64,000 nt of DNA from Macrostomum lignano (taxonomy: Eukaryota): assembly GCA_002269645.1 (NCBI GenBank), contig NIVC01000038.1:1116001-1180000 (forward strand). Reading direction: 5' to 3'. A program made the position numbers and the translations under genes. Positions 10,201-20,457 of the stretch are shown here, one piece after another. The notes beneath the pieces are model-generated. The model was given only the letters and a program-made list of their open reading frames with translations. It did no database searches and was not told the origin of the DNA. Every line of letters starts with the position of its first letter. The first letter of the stretch is position 1.

Positions 10201-11389
10201 ACTGGGCTCGAGTGTTGTACTCTTTGTATGAATGCATTCTTGGTGTGTAACTCCAGACCATCCCTTCCCTCCAGGAGCACTGCAAGTAGACTGGTATGGT
10301 TTGGTATTCGAGGTTGGCGCGTGTACGTAATATACTCTTTGTAATATTTACCTGACCTGGGTTTGTAAGGTTTAATAACATATAAATGACTACTGCTGAC
10401 TAGTTGGCGCATCTGGATGGTGTGATAATAACTAACGTATCGAGATTTCGAGAGAAATCCTAGCATAATACTGTCTGTCCGGCATGTGGAAAAGTATTTG
10501 CCCCACCTTCGCTTACTCATACTGCACACAGACAAAGCTTATCTCTTTTAGTAAACTGTTCGTGGTGGTTTAGAAGGAGACGATGGTCTTCCTGTATATA
10601 CCTCTCTATCCCTTCTTCGCTCGTAATAACTTCATAAATGCTCGCTTGACCAATGGCTGGTACTGAACTAATAATTCATACGATACATAATGCCTAATAC
10701 TTTCTAACTCCGTACAGCTCACAAGTTTCTACTCTCTACTCTATCAGTAACATTAAAATAAAAAAGGTAAAATTTGCTGGTTTTGTGCCTAGTTTACTTA
10801 CTTTTCTATGTAGTTTCTAGCTCGTATGTAGTTTGCTTACTTGAAAATGTCTGCTTTTTATTCAAATTTATGTGGTTTGAAGGTTTATTTTTGCTAAAAT
10901 ACCTGGTTTCTTATAAAAATTTCTACTCTCGACAATGATTGTATCAGCTATTTCATTAAAATAACCTACTTTTTGAATAAAACGTTGTATTTAACCTCCT
11001 AGTTCTTTTTTCAAAACATAATGGAAACCCTCCCTACACCCTGGAACCTCCTCAAGCAGCTTACATAGAGCATGCAGACCCCGAAACCCCCTCTAGTGTG
11101 CCCTGATTTCAGCGGTCTAGCGGTTAACATCTGTATTTTTACACTATATTTTCCTTCATACAGCAATACAGGAGGGTTTGGAAGAGTGAGTCTGGCGGGG
11201 GAGGGGGCTTGTGGGATGATGAGGATGCGTACACACAGTTTAGCCTGTTTTAGCCTACCTTTTGGGCTAATATACTTACTATTATTACTACTAGGTACTA
11301 TGTACATACTATTATACTACCCACTATTAAATATGCTGCACTAAATCCAACTTTTGATAATACATAGCGTGTTTTGGTCGATTCTCCCT

Positions 11390-12420
11390 CACGTCTCTGT
11401 CCCTACACGTGCTCTGCCCGCTTTGGTCTCTGTTTGTGTACCTCTCTGTAACGTCTCTGTACGCTCAGACTGGTTTCTCCGTCCCCGCACGCGCCTCTAC
11501 TAAAGTTTGCTGTTACCTACCCCTACACACTGCTCTCTGTCTCCCTCCGCGCACACCTCACTGCCCTTGCATGCAACTTGCATGCCTTGCATGCCCTGTC
11601 CTGCCCTCGCGTGGGTCCCTGTCTATACATAGCTACTGGACCCTACCTCTCTGTGCCTTGCTCGCAACTCTGTCCCAGGCCCCCTTCACACTTCTCTGTC
11701 CCGGGCTGCAACTGGCTGACACGCGCCTCTCTGTTCCCCAGCCTGCGTGGCTGCCTACCCCTGCACACTGCTCTCTGTCCCCCCTCCTCTCTGCGCCTCT
11801 CTATCATCCTATTCCTGCAGCTGACCGTGCCGTTCAGCTCTGTCCACGCGCGGCTCCACCCCTGCCCGTGTCTCACTGTACACTGCCCCCCCCCCCTGCT
11901 GCATGGCTCCCTTGTGTGGCTCCCTTACCCAGCGCGTTTGCTCCCTATCTCCCTCCTGCTCCATATGTTTCTGTTCCCTCACACTACGCACGCGTGGCCA
12001 GCTCTCTGTCCATACACATCTCTGCTCCTCCACTCTATCCTCGCGTGGTCCCTTGACTGTTCGCATGCCCCTGCATACCCTGCCTGCCTCTCTGTCCCCT
12101 GCACTGGGGAGGGAGCTCTCTATCCTCTGTACGGCTCTCTCTGTGGGGTGTGTGTGACTCACACTACCTCTCTGTCCTAGCATGCGCCTCTCTATCCGGC
12201 TCCTGCAGCAGGCTGTGTTGTTCACATCTCTTTCCACCCACCCTCTGCCCGTACACGCTCACTGTACAGGGCTGCGTCAGCGTCGGGGTTAAAACTTCTC
12301 GCTCCCTATGCTTCAACAGTATAACAACCTAGTGGCTGGCTCTCTGTCCGCCCACCCCTCTGCCCGTACACGCTCACTGTACAGGGCTGCGTCAGCATCG
12401 GGGCTGAAACTTCCTATACC
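11390..12420. repeat. pyrimidine-rich degenerate repeat (CTCTCTGT-rich) ending in a duplicated ~62-bp unit
   Basis: Recurrent CTCTCTGT(C/A)C motifs. CACCCTCTGCCCGTACACGCTCACTGTACAGGGCTGCGTCAGC occurs at about 12239 and 12353. Confidence 0.75.
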
Positions 12421-12554
12421 CAACCGTGTAGTGGCCTAGTATGGGCGCGACCTGAGTTCGATTTCGCTAGTTGAGATGCGGGTGAGAGAGGGGAAGAGGC
12501 TAGGTGGGGGGCAGGGTGTGAGGTATAGGGGGCCTGCGGGGTACGTATCGTTGA

Positions 12555-12995
12555 CTACATATCGGGAGAGTGTACACCTGTATTGGGAGAGTGTACACCT
12601 GTATTGGGAGAGTGTACACCTGTATTGGGAGAGTGTACACCCGTACTGGGGAGAGTGTACCTTTGGCTCGGGAGAGTGTACACTCGGGGCGCCTGCGGCA
12701 TGGGCGTCTGCGGCATGGGGCGCCTGCGGCATGGGCGCCTGCTGCTCTGGAGGGTGGGCATACATATCGGGAGGGTGTACATATCGGGGTACATATCGGG
12801 AGGGTGCGCCTGCGGCATACATATCGGGAGGGTGGGCATACATATCGGGAGGGTGCGCCTGCGGCTGGTCGGCGCTTGGCGCCACGCGCCTGCGGCTGGT
12901 CGGCGTTTGGCGCCACGCGCCTGCGGCGCGCGCGCGCCAGCCAATGAGAGGCGGGGTGGGTTGACACCCACCCCACCTCCAAAAACGCCCGGATA
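12555..12995. repeat. GC-rich modular repeat C
   Basis: Closely parallels 7340-7775, including the terminal CCAAT module. Confidence 0.9.
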
Positions 12996-13208
12996 AATGC
13001 ACGTATAGTAGTCCCGCCTGAACGGACCCTGCAAGGTGAACAGCAGGACGTCCTGAACAGGTTGGGGGCAGTAGAACTCTGCCCGGATCACGTGGCCCCG
13101 CCAGTTGAAGTCGCCGCCGGCGCACGATGGTGGACGGGCTCGCTTATACATTGACAGACGGTTAAAGGACGCTGCTAGCGCCCCTGACCAGGCGGGCGGG
13201 TGTGTCTT

Positions 13209-13850
13209 TTAGGGAACTGTCCCATTGGCGGGCCATCTGACTCCTTCCCCCTTCTGGCCCCTGTATGGTTGGTGGGAGGAGTTCTTTTTTGTAGTTCTTG
13301 TGGTTGGTGGTCCCTTGTGCTGTTCTGTATTCTCGCGAGGCCGAATCTTCCCTGAAAAACTCAACACCCGATGGAAATCAGCAAATTTTCTCACCTTTTC
13401 TTTGGATCGAGTCAATCGCCCCTAAATAAACTTTGATTGCTGCTAGATCCTACAGAATCCCCTAATAAGCACCCACTAAGTGTCCTTTTCTTACCCATCG
13501 TTTGCAACTCTCCAAACACCCACTCAAATTCGAGACTTCCGGATCCCCCGTGACTGCAGCCGCCGCCGTGACCATCCAAGGACTACCGCGCCAAGCAGCC
13601 CTGCCCGTCGGGGCGTCTGTGAAGGTATTTTTTTTCTGTTGCGCTGCCTCTGGATACTGTCAGCCCGGTCTCCCACTATTGCTCACCAAATATAACATAC
13701 CGTCTTAAATTCCGCTCTAAAAATTAACTCAACGTAGAGGCGGACAAAGTCTAGGGAATGAGGCCTGGCGGGGATGAGCGCCAGAAACCAAGGGGTTGCA
13801 TAGGTGATTTCATGCAGCCTAGGTTGCGTCAAATAATTATAATATAGCAT
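13209..13850 (-). CDS. spliced orphan gene, 4 exons, about 169 aa, function unknown
   Basis: Exons 13850-13701 (ATG, 50 codons), 13656-13495 (54 codons), 13449-13395 and 13351-13209 (TAA). Introns are 44, 45 and 43 nt (GTATGT..ACAG, GTAAGA..GTAG, GTGAGA..TCAG), all phase-compatible. The protein begins MLYYNYLTQPRLHEITYATPWFLALIPARPHSLDFVRLYVELIFRAEFKT/YPEAAQQKK. No family recognised. Confidence 0.55.
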
Positions 13851-14108
13851 CTAGTCTTTATTCTTTATCTGCATTCTTTATATTCGAGTTTTCTTCTTCT
13901 ATATTATATCTTCTATCTTCTATCTAAAACAAAAAAATTACGCCAGACTTTATAGTTATTGTATCCCTGTGTTTGAAAACTGTGTCAGTTTTGCATTGAT
14001 TGAAAAAAAATTAATTAAATCTAAGCGAACCTGCATCAGTTGATGATTCATTCTTCACGACACGCTGCAGCCCACCGCAAGCACAACTGACTTGTTACAG
14101 CTTGACCG

Positions 14109-14253
14109 AGGGTCGTTTCACAAACCCTAATTTTCACAACGTCGAAACCAGAACCTTTCATAAGACCTATATTTCAGGTCTTATGAAATTTGGAGCTTAT
14201 GAAAGTTTGTGTCTTGCGAAGTTGTGACATTTAGGGCTTGTGAAAGCGACCCC
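14109..14253. mobile_element. 145-bp MITE with TIRs and 7-bp TSD
   Basis: Left end AGGGTCGTTTCACAAACCCTAA versus right end TTAGGGCTTGTGAAAGCGACCCC. Flanked on both sides by TTGACCG. Internal palindrome TTCATAAGACCT...AGGTCTTATGAA. Confidence 0.85.
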
Positions 14254-14583
14254 TTGACCGTATGGACTGTGTAGCGCCTTGTCCCCCACTGTCCCTGCAT
14301 TTAATAAAAGTACTTTCTTTTGAGTGCTCACTAGCTAGGTTGTCTATGGCTCAAACTCCAACTTTCGGTTTCAGCCCCAGACTAACTGTACTTTATTTTT
14401 ATTAAATAGACGCGATCGCCCCCCAGTCGATTGAACTAAATTGAACCAGCCGCTCAACTTAATCAATAATCTTCATCTTTTGGTAGCCAGCGCTAAAACT
14501 GCATTACTAAAACAGCTGCTGGAGCCACTCTACTTTGTGGTGTGACCACATATGTTGTAAATTACTGCCTTGAAAAACGCGTG

Positions 14584-14670
14584 CATCGACACTCATTCCA
14601 GCTCCATCGACACTCATTCCAGCCCCATCGACACTCATTACAGCCCTATCGACACTCATTCTAGCTCCGT
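14584..14670. repeat. 21-bp tandem repeat, 4 copies (CATCGACACTCATTCCAGCTC)
   Basis: Read directly. Confidence 0.9.
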
Positions 14671-14954
14671 CGAAGTTTTACAGTTGCCATCACTAACTGA
14701 AAAAATAGATAGAATTGAATAGAATACACCGATCGTATAATCGCTGACAATTTGCGCTGACGATTTCATTTTCAATCAGTCAATGAAATGATATTCCTCA
14801 AGTACTGCAAGTTTCCATTTATTTTGCATCTTCTATAACACTTGATAACAAAATACCCCTTAGAAGCCATACAGCATTTAGTCCGATTTTAAAATGAAGA
14901 GAAGAAAATATTCACGTTTTGGTGAACTTTTGCTATTCAAAAGGTTTGTTTAAA

Positions 14955-15965
14955 TTAATTCAACGTCATATCATTCCTCTCTGGATCGATGGGAGCTACG
15001 CGTTGCCCGCTGCCAACCACATCAGGTTGGCCCAATTCTCCTCTGCGTGTAGGCATACACCGCAGTAGGGCCACGAACTCCCGGCGAAACATGCTGGACC
15101 TGCCCAGGTACACAAACAGGTTCACAGTGGAGCTGAGCATCTGAGGCAGGCGCATGAAGTTGCCGAAGCGCGAACGGTAATGCTTAGGCAGCTGGGCCAG
15201 ATAGAGGTACCCAATGCGAGACGCTACCTGGGTCAGGACCAGCAGTCCGGCAATAATGGCGATGGTGCCGGCGCTCTCGAGAAGCTCGCCAGTTCGACCG
15301 CCAATATCCGCATTGATCTTGACCAGGTGCAGCACGCGGAACAGACAGGCCAAACTGAGCCCCAAGGCCAAGCAGCTGTAGGTGATGGTCGATACCAGCA
15401 GCCAAATGTTGTAGGCGTTGCCATAGACACCAGAATTGGTGCACATCGGCGTCACATTGTCCAGCTGGTCGATAGACAGCGACAGAGCTATCACGGAGTC
15501 GGCACAGGTGTACAACCAACCGGCCAGGATCACCAGGGCTCCGCAGCGATGCGAGTACCCGATGTACTTCTGGGGCCGGAGCAGAACAGCGCACCTGTCG
15601 CAACACAACGCCAGAGTGAACACCGTCGAGGCTACCAGACCGAATGTCATTGGCACGATGTCGGTGAGGCATTGCAGTTCAGTTCTCAGGTTGCCCTGGC
15701 CAACGTAATAATCGTTGAGACGTCGGCCAGTGACGTACATGTAGGCTGCGCCAATCCATGCATCCGCAATGGCCAAATTCGCCATGACAATGTAGTAGAA
15801 GCGGCGTCGCAAAGTTTTCGACGCGAAACAGTTTAGCGCGATCAGAATGTTGCACAAGGCGCAGCCAGCAGCCGTAAAAAACTGGGAATAGCTGGCCGGT
15901 AGGTTCCATTCGTACAACTGGATGCTGTCGGAGCGCAGCTCTTCTAAAACATCAGATTCGTTCAT
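14955..15965 (-). CDS. intronless divergent class A (rhodopsin-like) GPCR, 336 aa
   Basis: Seven hydrophobic segments, TM2 NLAIAD, TM3 DRC (DRY-like), TM7 VNLFVY (NPxxY-like). Confidence 0.88.
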   Translation of the reverse strand: MNESDVLEELRSDSIQLYEWNLPASYSQFFTAAGCALCNILIALNCFASKTLRRRFYYIVMANLAIADAWIGAAYMYVTGRRLNDYYVGQGNLRTELQCLTDIVPMTFGLVASTVFTLALCCDRCAVLLRPQKYIGYSHRCGALVILAGWLYTCADSVIALSLSIDQLDNVTPMCTNSGVYGNAYNIWLLVSTITYSCLALGLSLACLFRVLHLVKINADIGGRTGELLESAGTIAIIAGLLVLTQVASRIGYLYLAQLPKHYRSRFGNFMRLPQMLSSTVNLFVYLGRSSMFRREFVALLRCMPTRRGELGQPDVVGSGQRVAPIDPERNDMTLN

Positions 15966-16377
15966 TGCTTTGATTTGAATCCGATCTCTTAGAGTATACT
16001 CTCAGCTTTTCTGGAATTTGTCTCGCTAAATCTCTTGGCGTTGCTTTTGCCTAATATTTATATAAAATCGGCGGAATCCTGCGGGAAAATCAGAATGATA
16101 TAAAATGCCGCAGGTGGCATTGGGAAAATGCGCGGTCCTCGATCGTTACATGAAATTCTGACTTGCTAATTAATTGCAGGGATTTTGCCATCCCCGCTTC
16201 CCAGGTGAATCTTATATAGCCTAGAATTTTCAGACATACGCATGAAGCCTGCCGTTGGGGCATCTGCCGTAATTAATTCATTCATTCCAAGACACCACAT
16301 AATGAATAAAAGCTTATTACGAGCTAGTATTTGTAGGAAACGATCGTCGCTACAAGCAAGTTAGTCTCCCACTAATT

Positions 16378-18460
16378 GGTGTCCCATTAGACCACCACTC
16401 CAGCTCGCCACGCAGCGACTAATCCATGCGGATGCCGTGCCTAGGATGAGCTAGAGAGCTAGTTGACTCTTGGAAATAAGGTTGCGCAAGAAACTTCTAC
16501 CCAGGAGTGGAGCATCTTGGCACCACCAGTGAATCTTGCCGCACAGCTTTTGAAGCGCCCGCTTAGTTAACCGCGGCTTCAGCTTCATCCGCTGGACAAG
16601 GTTGACAGTCAAATCGATCTTATTCGTGTCGATTTTTACACCGAGGTAGGTGACGGTCTGGGCTGGGACGCTGCTCTTCTGCCAGTTGATGCCGAAGCTA
16701 AGACGCTGGAGAAGCCCAGTTAAAAACTCATAGGCCTCTTCACACTTGACTCTACTGTCAAAGGCAAGACCAAAGTCGTCCAACTATCCAACGACATTGC
16801 TAAAGCCAGACCGCTGCATAATCCGGAAAATTCTATGAAAGATGGACACGGAGGCAGCGGCCCCAAACATCAGCCGGGTGTCAACCAGGTAGCAGGGCGG
16901 GTCGGCTCCTTGGAATCTCCATTGTAGACCAGGCGGCGGGCAGCAGGAAGGGTGAATTCCAACGTAGCGGTAGGCATGCTTGATCGACTTTTGCCACAAA
17001 GCGGCCAGGACGGAACGATAGGCATGCTTGGTGTCGACTTTTGCCACAAAGCAGAGGATAATATTCATCGATAGACTGAAAGCAAATGCGATTTGACGGT
17101 AGTGACTTTTAATAGAGTTTCGATACGGAACGCTGGCGTCGTGGAGCAGCCGGATTGATGAGCTCTCTTGCCACTTCTCACTCTTCGCCCGCTGCTGAGC
17201 CAGTGCGCAAGGTTGTTTGCTACGTTGACAATGATCCAGCTGTCTGCATTCTCAACAAGGCTGCTTCTAAATGACTCTAAGCTGTTGCGTTTGCTTCAGA
17301 CTGTTGGTCCCTTCTGCTTCACAAACAACGTTGTGTTGAAGTTCTTTCATGTGCCGGGCTAGTGTCAAAACTTATGCTGATTCTATTTCGCGTCTTCACT
17401 CTCGGACTGGCCTCATTAACTTTTGCATGGGTTTTATGGCACTGTGCAAGTATGCCCGTCTGAATTTGCTTCCCACAAGCTAGTTTCTGCTGCCTCCCAT
17501 TTTCTGCTTTTACAGGTCCTGACCCTGCGGTGCGGCGGCTTCGGGGGCAGGCGGCTCATCTGATCGACTTGTCTCTGAAGGAGTCGACGCGGCTGACCTA
17601 CGCGTCTGTCTGGCGAGTCTGGTGTCGCTTCTGTTAAGGGCTAAATGAACGACCTGAGCAGCCCACGGTGGAGCTTCTCGTACTCTACCTCTCCGACATC
17701 TCTTTTCACCTTTCGTTCAACAGTGTTCAACTTCATCTGCCAGCGTTGAGCTGGTATTGCCGCTGCCTCGGTCTTGACGAAGTTGTACAGCTCTAATTTT
17801 GCCACTCATCCTAAACTGAATTAGACGGGATCGAAGCAAGTCGTGGACCCCAGCCACTAAGCAACCGCTCCGACCGGAGCATTTGATGCGCATTCACCAG
17901 CAGATTCTGCTCTGCGGGCTCCTGTGGGCTCTCGTGCTCACGGGCTGGCTGACATGCTTCGCCTCGGTAATCTGTGCGCCCGAAAGAAATTTAGTGACTC
18001 GGCGAGCGAGTTCAAGATCTCTGACGTCAAGTTGAGCCGTGCTGGTGTTACCATCTATATAGCTCGTTCAAAGAAAGTGCAGTTCGGTGAGCGCGTTCAC
18101 ATCATCCAGCTCCCGGTCATTTGCCCGAGCTCAGCAGCGGCTCTTGAAGTGTGTCCTGTGGCTGCGCTCCGACATCACTGGCAGCTGAATCGCCTTTCTG
18201 ATGCGTCTCAGAGTCTCCCCATATTCTCAGTTTCATCAGCGCCGCGATCTTGGCGGCCGCTGACTCAGAGGTGGATCCGCGACCGCCTGCATCGCCTGTT
18301 TTGCAAGACCGGACTGGAGGCTTCCAGCTTCTTTGCGCACTCGCGTTGTGAAGTGACGTTTGTTTTCAATGCTGGGATGAGCGTGGACCGCATCAAACTG
18401 CTGGGAGATGGGCGCAGATCGGCGGTAGCGGGTACCGACAGGCGGTAGCGGCCCGTCGAT
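16378..18460. mobile_element. degenerate DIRS-order (PAT/Ngaro-like) tyrosine-recombinase retrotransposon with an internal inversion
   Basis: RT lies on minus at about 17070-16378 (VDTKHAYRSV, LMFGAAAS, stop-interrupted DDF, YLGVKID, ELEWW). RNase H lies on plus at about 17120-17400 (YVDN, FFHVPG..ADSISR). The SAM-like domain and tyrosine recombinase lie on plus at about 17540-18450 (STRLTYASVW, LRLGNL, FFAHS, IKLLGD). Many stops and frameshifts. Confidence 0.85.
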
Positions 18461-19287
18461 CCATGTCAGCTTGCCTTGGGCTCGTACTGCTCTTCATTTG
18501 CCTCCTCTCCCCTGCCCATTGTTGTGCTCGCTGTCCTATTGTTATAATGGTCATATATTTCAACTACAAAACTGCAGGCCAAAACCAGTGATGCTATTTA
18601 TTAGCAGCCATTTTATTGTTTTTTTTCTCCGCAGGAAAATTCGAAACTCAATGGAATTTTTCTGCTGGGTCTCATCTATCTAATAATATGAGAAAGCAGA
18701 GCTGCTTTTAGCTACGCCTGCAATAAAAAAAACTTCAGAAAGAGTTACACAACTTGAATAGGGACAGTAGTTAGAGCTGGGGTCTCTCGAATCTTTTAGA
18801 CTTTCTTGTAAAACTCATTCATATAGAAATAGAGTCAAAGCCAATTTGTTACAATGCTTTAGACGCCAGGCCAGTGATGGGGTCAGTGCAGTGGGTATTG
18901 TGCGAGCTAAAAAGACTCAATAAGCTACCCCAGCTGTTCAACTCAACTCTACCCGCAGTTTCAAAATTCTATTTACAACCAAAGTTTCGCTTTGGTGAAT
19001 AGATAAAAACTACAGCAGGTGCAAATAAAGCTATACCAGTAAACGCTGCTGCTAGTAAAAAATTGCTCGTCAGAAGCTCTAAAGGAATTTTTTAAACTCA
19101 CATTGTTTCAGTAAGTTAGTAAACAAAGTTGTTTATATTTGCTATAATATTGTACGGGCTCGAAGAAACGTATGTAACTTTCCCCATTAACTTTTTAATG
19201 CGTAAATAATTTCCATAAGTTTATTAATACGTCAAAAGAGAGTCAACAAGGCAATAGTTCATTAGGTACACAAATTGTTCTAGTAGG

Positions 19288-19345
19288 TCCAGAATCGAAC
19301 CCCCGGCCTGTCAGTCGTGAGTTCGACACTCTAACGACGCTCTAA
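19288..19345 (-). mobile_element. tRNA-derived SINE head fragment
   Basis: Minus strand AGAGCGTCGTTAGAGTGTCGAACTCACGACTGACAGGCCGGGGGTTCGATTC has a B-box and resembles the head at 20036. Confidence 0.5.
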
Positions 19346-20035
19346 AGCAGTTACAAGTGAGCACTCCATGCGAGCGGCGAGTTCTCATTAGTACATGACA
19401 TGGACTTCTCCGAACCGCAATTGAATTTGTTTAAAAGTAGAAATTTAAACGAGGAAGAGAGAGATGAGGCTTAAGAAAATCTAGAGGGAGGACTCTATCA
19501 AGTTAGACCGGTTCCAATGAGTACGAGCCCGTATAAAACTACGGTCAAGCGCTTAGACGTCAGTTCTCTTGGGGTCTAAATACGTACTTTGATTTCATTT
19601 GTAAGATTGCTTTGAAAAGTTGTATTTGTTTCACTTTCAGAACTTCAATACATCAGATATAAAGACACAAAACCGCCGTTTAAAAAAATTGCTTGCGTCA
19701 CGCCTCAGTTGTATAATAACCCCCCCCCCCTTGATATTTTTGCTGCACCGAAATGGAGGAGAAGGTGCGCAACAAAAAGTTAGCCTGTGTTCTTAAATTT
19801 CGTGTCTGTGTTGCTTTGTTCCAGTGCAGCAAAGAAAACTACCCTGGGGAATACCTCACCCTCATGGTAGCTCGACAGGCGGAAAATTAGTGGCTTGGTA
19901 TTCCTACTGTTAAATAGCGTGAACTTTAAAAGGTCATAAACAGCTGAGTTGTAGCAGAAAACCTGCTGGGAGACTGGATGACTTTTTGTTTGCGGGCACA
20001 AGTTTTTTAAATAAAATAGCAAAGATAAAAAGTTA

Positions 20036-20330
20036 GGTAGTGGTTGTAGCCTAGCAGTTCGAGCGTCGGAATCACGACTTGAAATCGGGGGTTCGATCCC
20101 CGATCCCACTGGAACAATTTGCGTCCTCCCAGTTCATCCAGCTGTAAAAGGGTGTCAGCATTAACTGGGGTAATTGAGGGGTGTGTGGCGACCCCCCAGT
20201 CCTTTGGACTGAACAGCCGTACGCAGCCTTCAGATGCGCCGCGCAATAGCTGCGGCTGAGCTGTCGGTTGCACATCTGGCCCAATAATGACTTGTGTAAC
20301 CAATTGTTATTGTTATTAAGATAAAAAAGT
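20036..20330 (+). mobile_element. tRNA-derived SINE
   Basis: tRNA-like head (GTAGCCTAGCAGTTCGAGCGTCGGAATCACGACTTGAAATCGGGGGTTCGATCCC), body with CCCAGTTCATCCAGCTGTAAAAGGGT, and an AT-rich (TTG/TTA) tail. Confidence 0.65.
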
Positions 20331-20457
20331 TATTTATGAGCAATAGTAATTTAACGTAATTATTGTAATATAAATGCTGTTAACCAGTTTTTAAAAAACT
20401 CTCTAACACTTATTTGCAGATCCTTACCTGTCAATCAGCAGCATTAAAGCCTCTTCC

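Larger units (their letters stand above)
1102..13925. mobile_element. candidate Polinton-related (pPolB-encoding) element or relic; boundaries tentative
   Basis: Contains pPolB on + and a spliced orphan gene on -, both pointing inward, plus a private family of repeats between them. The right end reads 5'-AGATAGAAGATAGAAGATA on the minus strand. No matching left TIR or TSD was found. Confidence 0.4.

Noticed and set aside
8700-11400. Full gene models from minus-strand candidate exons (for example 9255-9015, 10535-10190, 11307-11060)
   Set aside because: Some 43-51 nt intron-like segments exist, but I could not chain them into a stop-free model, so no CDS is called.
7513-12996. ORFs rich in PDM, GAC and ECTP repeats as proteins
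   Set aside because: They are open in several frames and on both strands because the short repeat units lack stops. No independent coding evidence.
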